From Isurus oxyrinchus (taxonomy: Eukaryota), in contig JANJGN010000018.1 of assembly GCA_026770705.1 (NCBI GenBank), positions 59,396,001 to 59,460,000 on the forward strand: 64,000 nucleotides of DNA, written 5' to 3'. A program made the translations under genes and the position numbers. Under the pieces are notes generated by a model that made no database searches, had not been told where the DNA came from, and worked only from the letters and a program-made list of their open reading frames with translations. Below are positions 14,466-26,969 of the stretch, piece by piece. Within the stretch, counting starts at the first letter, position 1, and every line of letters starts with the position of its first letter.

Positions 14466-15026
14466 AGAAATTATTGCATGCTGCTGTGGACAAGTACCCA
14501 GAAAGTCTGTAAGCAGCTGAAGCTTAAAAAAGCCATTCATTCACCACTGACTTCAAAATCCAAACCAATGCATTTGTTCGTGAAAACAGTACCCAATGCA
14601 CAAGAGTTTATCATGAAAAATCTTAAATACATTGCACTGAAATTTTAGTTCAATATGGTGGGGACGAGTTCTTGAGCTTAAGTGCTTTTAAGTAGACATG
14701 ACAAGCAAGAAGATACTGAAAGCCTGGGTTTTAGATGCTGATTACATTATGATAGCTTTGTAGTGCATGTATGCCTTATTTGAGATTCCATTAAATGGAC
14801 ACAATTGCTATGGTTACAACTTGAACCCATTGGTTGTGAGCATGAACAAACTTATTTATTGTAACTTTTGTTGGCTCCAAGGAAAATAGTTCTGTTTTGT
14901 GTTGTGTGGGATAAATGCTTCCAAAGATATTATTCAAAGGGTTATGATGTCTATAGATGTGGCCCAAATTGAACCTTCGATCAATCTTCTATTGCATTGG
15001 TTTGTATTATCTTGCATATTGAAAAT

Positions 15027-15400
15027 TTAGGGGCAATCTGATTGAGGTGTTGTACATGATTAAAGGAATTGATAGGGTTGATAGAGAGAGAAATTAGTTC
15101 TTATATTGGCAAGTTCAGAACAAGGAGCCATTATCTTTAAAATAAGGATTGTTCAGGGGTGATGGCAGATAGCAATTCTTCACTTGCAGGGTGGTGAAAG
15201 CCTGGAACACACTTTTCATCAAAAAGCTGTTGAGGCTAAGTCAATTCAGAATTTCAAAAACTGTGATAATTTTTTGTTGGGCAAGAGTATTAAGAGTTAT
15301 GAAAACCAGGCTGGTAGATGGAGTTAAGATACAAATAAATCATGGCCTAATTAATTGAATGGGTCAACAGGCTCGAGGGCTGAATGGCCTACTCTTGTTT
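15027..15400 (+). mobile_element. CR1 3' end
   Basis: AGGGGCAATCTGATTGAGGTG...ACAGGCTCGAGGGCTGAATGGCCTACTCTTG. Confidence 0.7.
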
Positions 15401-15587
15401 GTCTAATGTAACAGAACTTGGAGGCACTTCATAAGCAGCCTTAATAATTTCTGTATCCAACTCAGCAGCTACAATCCAATTGTTGATAGCATCCTAATTG
15501 AATTCCTCCGTTTAAATTAGGGTCCCGTCTATAATAAACGGGTTGCAACGCATGCAAACCACTGCAACAGACCACAGGTCGAAAGAG

Positions 15588-15932
15588 CTTGTATTTATTG
15601 TTGCACCTTTCACTTCTCCAAGACCCCCTAAAGCACTTCACAATGAATGGATTTTTCTGAATTGCAGTCAGTGCTGTTATATAGTGAGATATAGCCACAG
15701 GTGCGTCCAAGGTCCCATATACAAGAGCTGAAGGAATGAGGAGCAGATAGTTTGTTTTTGTAGGTGTTGGTTAAGGAATGAATGTTGGTTGGGGCACCAG
15801 GAGAAATCCCACGTGGCATGGCATTGAAGCAAATGAAGCCTCAGATTAATGTCTAATCCAAAAGATAATACCTCTGACAGTGTAAAACTTCTGAGCGCTG
15901 CACTGTAGTGACAGCCTCGTTTATGCACTCAG
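15588..15932 (-). mobile_element. Deu-domain SINE (SacSINE1/AmnSINE1-like), decayed
   Basis: The reverse complement resembles the Deu-SINE body and L2-type tail. It is similar to the copy at 18725. Confidence 0.6.
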
Positions 15933-16065
15933 ATCGATATAGATGCATGTAGATTACACAAATGAAGGTTTGCCCTTTTATAATAGTTTAAAGCGAGCAT
16001 TTTTTAAGTTGCTACATAAATGATATTAAATGTCAAATAATTTAACCTATTGTACTTGAGTTGTT

Positions 16066-16227
16066 ATAAAAACAGACGGTGTTGAAGATGCTCAGTAGGT
16101 CTGGCAGCACCTGTGGAGAGAGAAACAGACTTAATGTTTTGAGTCAGATATGACTCTGCTTTGGAATTATTCTTCTTCTTGTTTTTATTCTTATCTCCAG
16201 CATCCATGGTGTTTTGCTTTTACTTTA
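16066..16227 (-). mobile_element. Decayed Penelope-like short element
   Basis: Same family body (CTCAGTAGGTCTGGCAGCACCTGTGGAGAGAGAAACAG). Stem GAGTC/GACTC is retained but the core is decayed. Flanking direct repeat matches 12/14. Confidence 0.65.
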
Positions 16228-17429
16228 GTACTTGGATTGTTCCCTGACATTGGCTATTACAATAAAGGTAATGGGGTAATTCTGCAGTAGCCAGTGGCTA
16301 AATACTAGCGAATCAATAAAAGGCTGTGCTCATTTGGCTGCCTTACCATTGTAGTGATCTTGCTGATGACATTGAATGTCTTTTCTGATCTCAAAGTGGA
16401 TGGAAATGGGGGCAGCTTACCAGTGTAAAGAATGCACTTCTCTCAGCAATAAAATTCAAATCTTCATATTGAAGACGGGCGTCTGTCAGAATCCAATTGT
16501 CAAAATGGTAGAGCCTCAGTGATCTTGACAATCCAAAGGCACTTTAACCATTGGATTCCTTTTTTTGGCTTTAGTTTATTAATTCTAAGAAATAAGTGTA
16601 GGGCTGAGCAATCAGATAACTTTGGAAAGCTTTCTAGAGATGATACAAGCTTTCATTGTATTATTGAAAGGAAGGTAGGTTATCCTTCATTCACTTCAAT
16701 TTTTTGCATAATTTATCCTGATATTGACAAGTAGATTATGGTACAAACAGGGTTTCCAGTTCTGTACTCAGTGTTCAGTTGCATTTTGGTAGAGAAGTTA
16801 TTAACTGACATTTGTTTATAGTAGATGGAAGAACAATTTTAGAAAGTTCAAGTTGCTTTGCAAAATATACATTCAACGTTTCGCATTTTCTTTACCTGCT
16901 AACTCAATAGGAATATTACTTGACTAGTGATTGAAGCGTTCATTACATTACCTGCAGTGATATTTCTTCTTTGTACAAGATAATTAAGATTATCAGGATG
17001 AGACAGCTATGCTATAATTCCAGAGTAACTGGTGCACAGTTTAATAACTATATGCAGACTGCAGTTGTGATGTTTAGTGACTAGAATCTACCAAGTGGTA
17101 GATATTCATTTCTATTGACTGGTAGCTCTAGCTAAAAAATCTTTCATGGCAGCAAACACTGGAATCACTTTCCTGGGACACTGGTATACTGATGTGCTTA
17201 CAATTTTATATGATTGTAATACTTGCTGATGAACAAGTGGAAAATTATAGCTTGCAGGCCAAATAAAAAGTGTTTTGATTTTCTTTCTTAAAGAATTGAT
17301 CTGAAAAGTCCAATAATACAATACCGTGAACCAGAATATGCAATCACTGTTGCCTCTTGAGCCAATATATCTGTGCTATTGGCCACAATAGCACCACCTT
17401 CAGGATATTATAGGTTTAACTCCTTTTCA

Positions 17430-18180
17430 AAATCTCTCAGCACCAGAAGAGGCCCATTGCTGCTTATTGTTTCTGTAATTTGAGCTATTTTGCAGTCTTA
17501 TTTCCCTGCCCTTTATTACTCCCCTTTTCAAAGAATGTATCCAATCCTCTGTTAAATTATGTTGTAGTCTCTGCTTCAATAGCCGCTTGTGGTAAAGCAT
17601 AAACTTCTGTCTGAAAAAAGTCATCTTTCATTTTGTTCTTTTACTGATAATCCTCTGTCTGTGTCCCCTTGTTACCAATTCAACAACCAGTGCAAAGAAT
17701 CTTTCATTATTTATTCTCAGAAAACCTTTCGTAATTTAAAAAAGCACTATTAGATTCCCACTTTACCCTCTGCCTTGGCAAAAAGCCCAATTTTTAAGCT
17801 TTATTAATATTTGTAACCTCTGATTCCTTGCATCATTTTTAATACCCTATCCCTTGTTCTATCATGTTTCTAGTAATGAGGTACTGAGAACCATACAAAA
17901 CATCCCAGCTGTGGCCTAACCTATGTTTTGTATAAACTCAATGTACTTGAAGATGAAATTTAGAATTCCAGTTATCGATTTTGATGATCTTTTCTACATG
18001 CACCCAGTGTACCCACTGCATTTTTCTACATGCACTTAAAAATCACTAGATTTCTCTATTCCTCCACTCTGAGGAATCTTACTGCTTATGGTATGCTTCC
18101 TTTCACTGCTCTTCTCAAAAACATATGACCGTTACTCTGCACTGATCTGCAGTTGCCACCTATCTTCCCAGTCCAATAAA
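17430..18180 (-). mobile_element. Old CR1 fragment
   Basis: Degenerate similarity to the other minus-strand CR1 copies (CCAGCTGTGGCCTAACCTATGTTTTGTATAA). Confidence 0.55.
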
Positions 18181-18724
18181 CCCAGCTGTCTATTTTTGGC
18201 ATCCCAGTGAAGGAGTTCTTGTCTGTCACATTGATTCTGTTTATGTACCATCTTTAGCAATGACCAGTCAACATTTATTGACCCAAAATAAAACTCCTAG
18301 GCTATAGTTTGAGACCCAAAATGCAATCCCAAACTTTAATGTGGAAATGGTATTTGGCAGTCGAGAATCCAAAGGCTAATGTTGAGCAGGGTTCAGGGTA
18401 AAAAAAAAGTTAATCAGACCTGGAATTTTTACTCGTTTACTATTCCCTTAATAGACAACTAACTATGTTAATTTTGAAAACAATTAAAATATAACTCTTG
18501 CGCATGCATTGCGGCATCCTGACATCACCACATGAATGAATCCGAACAAGCTCAGACTAGGTTTTGTTGGTGCCTGAATGAATCAGCTCTTTAATTCCAA
18601 AGCAGCTTCAGAAACAATTCATTTTTGCTGTAATGTGAATATTCCAGTATAACACTACACCTGTCATGTAGGGATTTTGAAGAATGGTTGACGTATTTAT
18701 ATTGCAGAAACTAATCTAAAGAAT

Positions 18725-19036
18725 GACCTTGCATTGATATAACATCTTTAACAATCTCGGATGTCCCAAAGTGCTGTACAGCCAATGAAGCACTTTCTTT
18801 GAAGTGTAGTCACTGTTGTAAGAAAATGTGGCAGCCAATTTACACACAGCAAGGTTTTACATACAGCAATGTGATGATGACCAGATGATTTTTTTTTAGT
18901 TATGTTGGTTCAGGGATAAATATTGGTTCAGGATATCAGGGAAAACTCAGCTACTTTTCTTCAAATAATGCCATGAGATATTTTATGTCCCCATGAGGGG
19001 GCAGATAGGGCCTCAGTTTTAAGTCTCATCTGAAAG
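18725..19036 (-). mobile_element. Deu-domain SINE (SacSINE1/AmnSINE1-like)
   Basis: Minus strand has CAGATGAGACTTAAAACTGAGGCCCTATCTGCCCCC...AATTGGCTGCCACATTTTCTTACAACAGTGACTACACTTCAAAG...CTTTGGGACATCC, typical of Deu-SINEs. Confidence 0.7.
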
Positions 19037-19264
19037 TCCTGAGTACCTAATGTTATAAATTAGAGGACGATTCATCAAATCAAAGAAGTTTACAACACAG
19101 AAGGAAGCCATTAGCCAACTTTGTCTGCCGAATCTTCGCCAGAACAATCCAAATCAAATGTCACCACCCTGCTGTCTCCCTGCAACTTTGTATTTTTCTC
19201 TGCTTCAGATATTTTCCAGTTATTCCCTTTTATTATTGTGACAAGTCATTTCTTCTTGTCAACG

Positions 19265-19865
19265 AAAACTGCTTGCCTTTATATAGCGTCTTTAATGTGG
19301 TAAAAACGTCCTAAGGTACTCAAGAGATGTAATCAAACAAAGTTTGACACCGGACCAAATAAGGCGATATCAGGACAGGTGATGGAAAGCTTGGTCAAAG
19401 AGGTAACTTAAAGATGAAGAGAGGTGGAGGTTTAGGGAGGGACTTCCAGAGTTTAAAACCTAGGCAGCTGAAGACACAGCCGTTAGGTTACACCAATCAA
19501 AGAGGTCAAATTTGGAGGAGCACAGAGATCTTGGAGTGTTGCAGGGCTGAAGGGTGTCACAAAGTTGGGGAGGGTGAAGCCATGGAGATATTTCGAAACA
19601 AAGATGGGAGTTTTAAAATTGAGGTATTGCTGGTCCAGGAGCCAAGATAAATCAGCTACCACAGGGTGATGGCTGAACTGGAGTTGGTACAAGTTAGAAT
19701 ACAGGCAACAGTGTTTTGGGTGAGTTCATGTTATGGAAGGTGAGAGGCCAGCCTGAAGAGCATTGAAATAATCGAGTCTAGAGGTAACAAAGGTGTGGAT
19801 GAGTGTTTCTGCAGCAGTAAGCTGAGGCAGGTATGGAGGCAGGTGACGTTGCGGAGGTGGAAGTA
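19265..19865 (-). mobile_element. L2 LINE 3' fragment
   Basis: Tail CTTGCCTTTATATAGCGTCTTTAA. Minus-strand WLLDQQYLNFKTPIFVSKYLHG is an L2 RT C-terminal remnant. Confidence 0.75.
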
Positions 19866-22800
19866 GTTATAGCACAACTGGCCAGTCATTAAGCTTTCTT
19901 TCCTCTCTGCTCTGAAGACGAGATGAGAGTAAGAGCATTAGTTGTTTTTTTTTCCCCAATCCTTAGCTTTGGAGCACTCAGGTCAGTTGTTGTTGCCTAG
20001 GACACTGAACGCAAAACAGACTGCACCCATATGTTGTTTATAATTTGGTATCATACCTGGCAGTGCATTTTCTGTCCTGCAAAGATGTGGCGAGGCAGGA
20101 TCACTGGATTTGAGGTGCCTGCAATATGATATATCTGACATCGGAGTCTCAAAACTAGTTGACCTTTGGTTGTAGACTTGATTATATTCGGATATCTGAA
20201 CTAGGCAGGTCTACAGTTCCAGGCACTGTTAATGATTGACAAGCCTACCTGGCTTAATAATCACACTTGGAAGCTTGCTTCAACAGAAAGGAGATGTCCT
20301 GATTCAAGGATGAAGCTAACAACCTGCAGTGCGAGATTCGAATCCCTTATCATGCTTATTTTGCTCAAAATTTAATATCACTAAGACTGTGCTAATGGTT
20401 TATGACTTGATAAAAAGAAAAATTCCATTTACCATCGACTTTGATCATGACCTGGTTCACAATTACAATGAACTAAAACTGATGTATTCAATTAATGGCC
20501 ATAGCAAGGATTGGTAGTATGCTTGGCAAATGAACAGTTCATTGCTGTGTGGTTTGGTATTTATTATTTGAGTAGCCTTACAGTTCTGTTGGATCCAGCT
20601 AACTTAAGTTTGACCCTTCCTCCTCGTTCTGATATCATTTAGTTTAGTCTTGCTTCTTTCTATATCACCTCTGATGCCTGTGCTTCTAGCCAAAATAATT
20701 TATATTAAAAAATTTTAAAGTGCTATGCAAGTGTCTGGGATATGTTTTGAATATATTTTTAAAAATCAGAAAATAAGAACACCAGAAAGAAATCTTTTAA
20801 TTAATTCACAATGGTTATGAGTGAGGAATACTAAATAAGGTATTTCAAATGCCAAGGAATGACTGCTTACAAGTCTCTAGTTAGGGAGAACTCTATCATG
20901 ACCAAGATATTTCATCAAATTAATTCTTCACTAGAGTACCTAACACTAGTTGAATTTATTTTTTTTCTTGCAATTTGCAATTTTTAATGCCATGATTTTT
21001 ATTCATGTGTAACGCTGTAGGTTACAACATGTCACTTTTTCAAGTAACTTGAAAACTGCTATGTAAATCAACTGGATTATGCAACAGTTCCCAATATTAG
21101 ATGAGAGACATGACTTGGAACATTGATTATAACTTTGGGGATTTTACCGTTTGAAAATGGATTATTGGCAGGTGGAATGTCCAGAGCTCTTCCACAAATA
21201 ATACTCTCCATTGATTTAAACAGTTTAGGGTATTTAACATCAAGTACATTCAAATGCTCATACTTTGAATCTTTTGAATCCTTGCATTCTCACTCCGCCA
21301 TCCCACCATGCTTAACCTACACTAATATTTCTCCTGTAAGCTGCAGTAACGATCCATTTCGGGTATGAGATCCGGCATATTATAAAAAGCACCAAGATCT
21401 TTACAATGCTCTCATACTAATGGTTGTATAATGTATTGTCTATTGAATTAAAATAATTTCAAGGAAAAGCTACAGCTAGTCATCAGCAATACTCTCTTAC
21501 TCAATTAGCCTGGTGGGAGAAGTCAATATCCCATCAAAAGGACAGGTAAACACCATAGGGGAACTTATTCCACCTGGTTACATTTTGTATTTTCTCAAAT
21601 GATTTTTATTCTGTCTACAGTTTTAAATGAACTTTATTCTCCTACTGAGATTTGATGAGTCCATTGTAATGTTTTCTGTGCTGAAGAAAAAAAGCTATTA
21701 AAATGATTTCTTATTAGAGCTGCAAATCTCACAGTCTGCACTGCAATAGAACCAAAAATGTATATAGATTGATAACACAGAGGATGCACAATGTTCCATT
21801 AATGTTATGGTAGGTATAAGTCTGTCATATATCGTGTTTTGCACAATTGAAATTGTACTTCTGCAGTTTAGAGGAGCTTAGGCAGAAGAAATTTTTTGTG
21901 GTGTTACAAAAGCAAATGTTGAATATACAGGCCTGTCACTTTTCTGTGTTAAATTGTGGGTGTACTGTAATTGGAATTTCACAGTGTACACATTTAACAT
22001 TAAAATTTACACTTTTCATATTCTGACAAAAAATATATGCAAGCATTTTAAATGCCATGTGAGCTAATCTTTGCAAGTATAAATTCAGAAATATATCTGA
22101 AATAATTTAACCATTTCAATTCAGTGTCGATGGGAACAAGGAAGGACACTAGACTCAAACCAGTCTCTGCATGTTTTTTCATAAATAAAGGTAATTTTAG
22201 ACAACTTGTTACCATATCACGCGATCCCTTCTTGAAGCCTCAGTCCCACTCGGAACAGAAACTTTCCCAATTGTCCATTTTATCTATTTGCATGGTCGAC
22301 TTCTCTGGCCATTCCTGGTCATTTAATATGCAACTCTATTACCATTTCAGTGAATAAAAATCTCCACTCTTCCCACCTAAATTGCTAAGTATTAACTTTA
22401 GTCTTCTAGCATTTGAACCCTTCTTCAATTTGTTTAAATCGTTGACTCCCTTCATAATGAAATAAACTTGAAATCCCCTGGTTCCTAAATCAAAAGAAAT
22501 TTCACCAATGCTCAGCTTAAATCCCTTGCTCAACTAAAATTTCTGATACCTAGAAACATCTTTGCTCAGTTCTATATCCCAGCAAAGCGAATAATATCTC
22601 TGCCATGGTTAGGTGATTAGAAATTTACACAGTGCTGCCATAGATTTGAGCAACACCTTATGCAACTTTATAGTTTAGTTATAATGGGTCCAGAATGTTT
22701 TCAGACATCTCTTTTTTTCAATTTTACATGTTTCGATGCATTGGACCAGCATTTTTTTCCTACTGGTGGTGGATGACAAACTGGTTTTTTTAAAGGTGGA

Positions 22801-22926
22801 TAGTGGGCATCGAGAGATCTTCAGCAAATATGGAATTAAATAGAACTTGAAATCTGAAAATAGTACTTAACAGATTATTTATTAAAATTTATTCCTGAAT
22901 GTAATTTTTCTCTCTCCTTTTTCTAG

Positions 22927-23081
22927 AATTTGTGAAGAATCACTTTGGGACTAAAGATAAGGATTACTGTTTTGTGTTTAAGAGCCTAAAGGGAGTTGTC
23001 GATGACGCACTGGCTTCCAGCAGCTACTCTGAGGTGAACCTCAGCAAACTCTTCCAGGCATTTAGTGCAATCAATAAATGA
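22927..23081 (+). CDS. POLA1: DNA polymerase alpha catalytic subunit, terminal coding exon
   Basis: Polypyrimidine tract and AG at 22925-22926. The phase-1 exon reads (x)FVKNHFGTKDKDYCFVFKSLKGVVDDALASSSYSEVNLSKLFQAFSAINK* with TGA at 23079-23081. YSEVNLSKLF is the conserved POLA1 C-terminus, and the tail-to-tail position with ARX matches known synteny. I found no upstream POLA1 exon in the window. Confidence 0.93.
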
Positions 23082-23801
23082 AGGAGATACTGTCGCCTCA
23101 CTTTTTTTTTTTGAGGCTAGATTGGCTATATTGTGGCTGGCAGAACAATAGCAAAATTGTTATAATTAATGCTTTTTGGGATTTGTGAAGCTGTCTGCAG
23201 TGAGATTGCTCTTTAAATCTGATGCACAAAGATGTGAATAGTCTTGGAATTTGACCCAAGCTTCTTGGTGGAGGAAGTTAGGAGTACAAACATATTAGAA
23301 AAGGGCTCAACGCTGTTATTACGTGGACTCGTTAATGTTTTTGTTGTCATCTACTTTTCTATCAAAACATCAATTAAACCTATAAAGAGATGAAAGCAGT
23401 TTATTAAAAGCTGGCTGGGGAGGGAGTGTTAGGATTGAAGGTAGTTTTTTTAAAGAGTGATCTGTGGAGCCGCAGACTAGGAAATGAGAATGGTTGGGAT
23501 CACTGTGGAGTACACTTACTGGAGAGTGGAACAATAGGTCTCATTTACCAAAATCTGAACAATCTATTGAAGTAACTGAAGTACGTTGGATTGGAGAACT
23601 AACAGACAAACACAACCAGTTTTTAAATAGGCAGCTGACGATGAATGAAGCAAGTACAGCAATGTCTGGCCAAGTCACTTCAAACTTCAGTGCTCTCCAA
23701 AATTTCTATGTGTTCTTGGTATCTTTTGTTTAAAAAAAGATGATATCCATACTTTTTTTATATAAGAAAACTTTTTACACATACATTGCTAGCATATTTT
23801 G

Positions 23802-23807
23802 AATAAA
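23802..23807 (+). terminator. Candidate distal POLA1 polyadenylation signal
   Basis: AATAAA about 720 nt after the stop, followed by GT/T-rich sequence. Repeats resume about 350 nt later. Confidence 0.5.
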
Positions 23808-24302
23808 ATTAACTCTACATTGTTTCTGAAACTGTTTATGCCATATGATTATTGTTTAAATAAATGACCATTGTTTCTGGTTTAAAAATATTCCAATTAA
23901 ATTTATTGAAAGTTTTTCCATTTGTAAATCTGTATGGTTTTTCTACATTCGTGAATGGCAGCAGCCTTGTTGATTTACCCTCCTTGTTTGCACAAATCCT
24001 TTTGTCTGACCGCACAAATCATTATCTGAAAGGTTATAAACAGCTAGCATTTTGTATTGTTTTCTGGATGTTCCTATTGAATGTTATAAAGAAAAAGCTT
24101 TCCTTACACTGAGGATGATTAGAACAGGAAGTCTGTATACCACAAACCGTTACTGATGCAGAGTCCACTCTTTTAAAGAGATTTTGGTAGGTACTTGGGG
24201 GAAGAAAAAGAAATATTAGGCAGGTATGAGAGGAAATGAAGTGGGATTTGACTAAGCTCAAGGGGAAGAAAAGTAACAAAACAGACTAATTCTGAATGGC
24301 CT

Positions 24303-25575
24303 TTTCTTTTCATCCATGGGATGTGGGCATCATTAGCAAGGCCCGCATTAATTGCCCTAAAGAAGGTGCTGGGACTGAAATGATTGGCCCCCAACTATCA
24401 TAGCCATCTTCCATTGTGATGGACACAACTCCTGCCAGGGGGGACTTTCCTCCCTGATTCCCAATGGCTTTGTTTACCAGGGCTTCTAGATGTCAGATTC
24501 GAAGTTCTGCTTTGGTATTAATGGTCATCACTGCCATCTTAATCCTGAATTCAGCTCCATGTTTGGACCAAGGCAGTAATGAGGCCTGAAGCTGAGTGAC
24601 CCTGGAGAAATTCAAAATGAGCAGGTTATTGATGGGTTAGTGCCACTTGATAACAATGTTAATGACATCTTCACTCTGCTAATAATTGAGAGTAGATTGA
24701 TGGGGCAAATTGGAATTGTCTTCCCTGCTGGAGACGGGATATACTGGGTGATTTCCCCACCTTGTCAGATAGATGCCTGTGCTGTAACTATATTGGAACA
24801 GTTTGGCTAGGGATGTAGCTGTTCAGGAGTATAAAGTTTTCAGCTCTGCACCCTGATATTGTCAGGACATTGCTGTCATACAGTGCACTCAGTCATTTCT
24901 TGATATCACATGGAGTGAATCAATCTGGCCGAAGACTGGCTCCTGTGATAGTGGAAACTTAGGAAGAGGAAAAGATACACTTGGTACTTCTGGCTGAAAG
25001 TGGTTGCAAATGCTTCAGTCTTGTGTTTTGAACTCTCACGCTGACCTCCACCATCATTAGGGATGGGCATGTTCATGGAGCCTACCCCTCCCATTATTTG
25101 TTTATTTGCCCACTGCCATTCGTGATTGGATGTTTCAAGGCTTCAGAGCTTTGATCTGATCCATTGGTTGTGAGATCACTTTGCAGTCTATCACACACTG
25201 CTCCCACTGTTTAACATGCGTGCAACCCTGTATTGTGGCTTCACCAGGTTGGCATCTCATTTTTAGGCATGCCTGGTGCTGCTTCTGGCATGCTGTTCTA
25301 CACACCTCATTCAGCTATGGTTGATCCCCAGGCTTGATGGCAATGATAGAGCAAGGAATATGTCAAGCCGTGAGGTTGCAAATTGTGGTGTAATGCAACT
25401 CTATTGTCTCTGATAGCCTATAGTGTTTCATGGATATCCAGTTTTGAGCTGCTATGCCTGTTCTAAATCTATCCCATTTAAGTGCTAGTGCCACACAACA
25501 TGGGAGGTATGCTGAGTGCGAATATACTTTGTCTCCATGAGGACTCTACAGTGTTCACTCTTATCAATACAGTTA
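24303..25575 (-). mobile_element. Decayed, internally deleted LINE of the same family
   Basis: Tail remnant at 24303-24370. The body (KTEAFATTFSQK) is homologous in reverse orientation to 27600-28500. Confidence 0.75.
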
Positions 25576-26969
25576 TTGGGTCTGCGCTTGAACATTACAT
25601 GCCTCTACAGATAAGCTGCTGGCCACTATAAGATAGTGGGGATTGCCTTAAAAAAAACATATCAAATAAGTAGTAGTAGTCACAGTAATTGTGTTGGTTT
25701 TCTGTGTGGATTTAAGTGACTCATGGTATTACATGCAAAGGTACCAATTTCACAAATGCATGTTACCAGCAGGGAGCCTCGCCCACATTTGGAAAATCAA
25801 TCCAAATATATTTGAAATTTGCATAGTGGTAGAATTAACACACAATGAACATATGCTTGAAAGTCAGAAGTTGAAATCGGTGATATTGCAGTAAAAGACC
25901 TCACTAATAGACTGTAATTAAACAATGTTATCTGCAAACTTTGTTGTTTATTAAGTGATTGAAAAATGATGAACAATTTTAAGTAGCAACAGTAGTGCAG
26001 CCTTTTGAGTCCCTTTAATCATAATGGATCTTGGCTGTGAGTATGTTGCCAATCAAGGGGTTATTAAAGTTTTGATTTTTTGTTAACCATATAAAGCATA
26101 AATTGAAATCTGAAAGGTTGAATGTTGCCTTTTTAAAAAAAAATGTAATTGTGACTTCAGAAGGAATGCTGGATCATCGTTGAGAGTTTGAGGTCTAAAA
26201 GGCCAGTAACTTTCTACGAGTAGCCTAATTAGAGGTTTATTGCAGATTGGCACAGGATGTGGTAATCTTGTTCAGAGATTATTTTTCTGGTACCTAGTTG
26301 CAAGTGTCATAATTTTAAGAAACGATTGCCTTAATCAATCCTAAACTTGTTTTTCAAATTCCACAATCAGAATTAATACAACTTTTTCTCTAAATCATGA
26401 ACCATTTAATTTCTTAACTATTTAAGGATGTCCTTCGTGCAAGCTTCATATGGAAAGGATATATTATCCCTTTTAAGAGTTTTGTTTCTTTGTTTAATCC
26501 TTTGCATTGGTTAGTCTTACCTGTTAGATAAACCACACCTTTAATTCTTTTTCTCTAAGTCTTAGCAGCAGTATTGATTTGTCCAAGCAAACAGTGTAAG
26601 GTTCATTTTCCTCAACTGTTGTTTTTGAACTCTTATAGAATCATAGAATGGTTATAGCGCAGAAGGCCACCGTTTGACCTATCATGTCGATGTCAGCTCT
26701 CTACAAAAGCAAATCGGCTAGTCCCACTCCACAACCCTTTCCCTGTAACCCTTTGGAACCATAGCCCAAAATAAACTGATGCTTTTAAGAGGAGGGAAAA
26801 AAGTTGTTTTTGTTGGGCAATTACAAGTTCTTGATAAATACTGGGAGGTAGTGCTACAGGAATTCCTATGGGTACAGTACCTTTGATCTAGTGAACTTCA
26901 TTGTACTTAAGGTCAGAGCTATGACTGTTTAATAATGTGTTTACAGTGTTCATTTTTCATGGTTCCTCT

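Noticed and set aside
1-22926. Additional POLA1 exons or intronic sno/scaRNA
   Set aside because: I saw no match to the expected penultimate exon (LYTQLCFYRYIFD-like) and no convincing box motifs by eye. A covariance search could still find an RNA.
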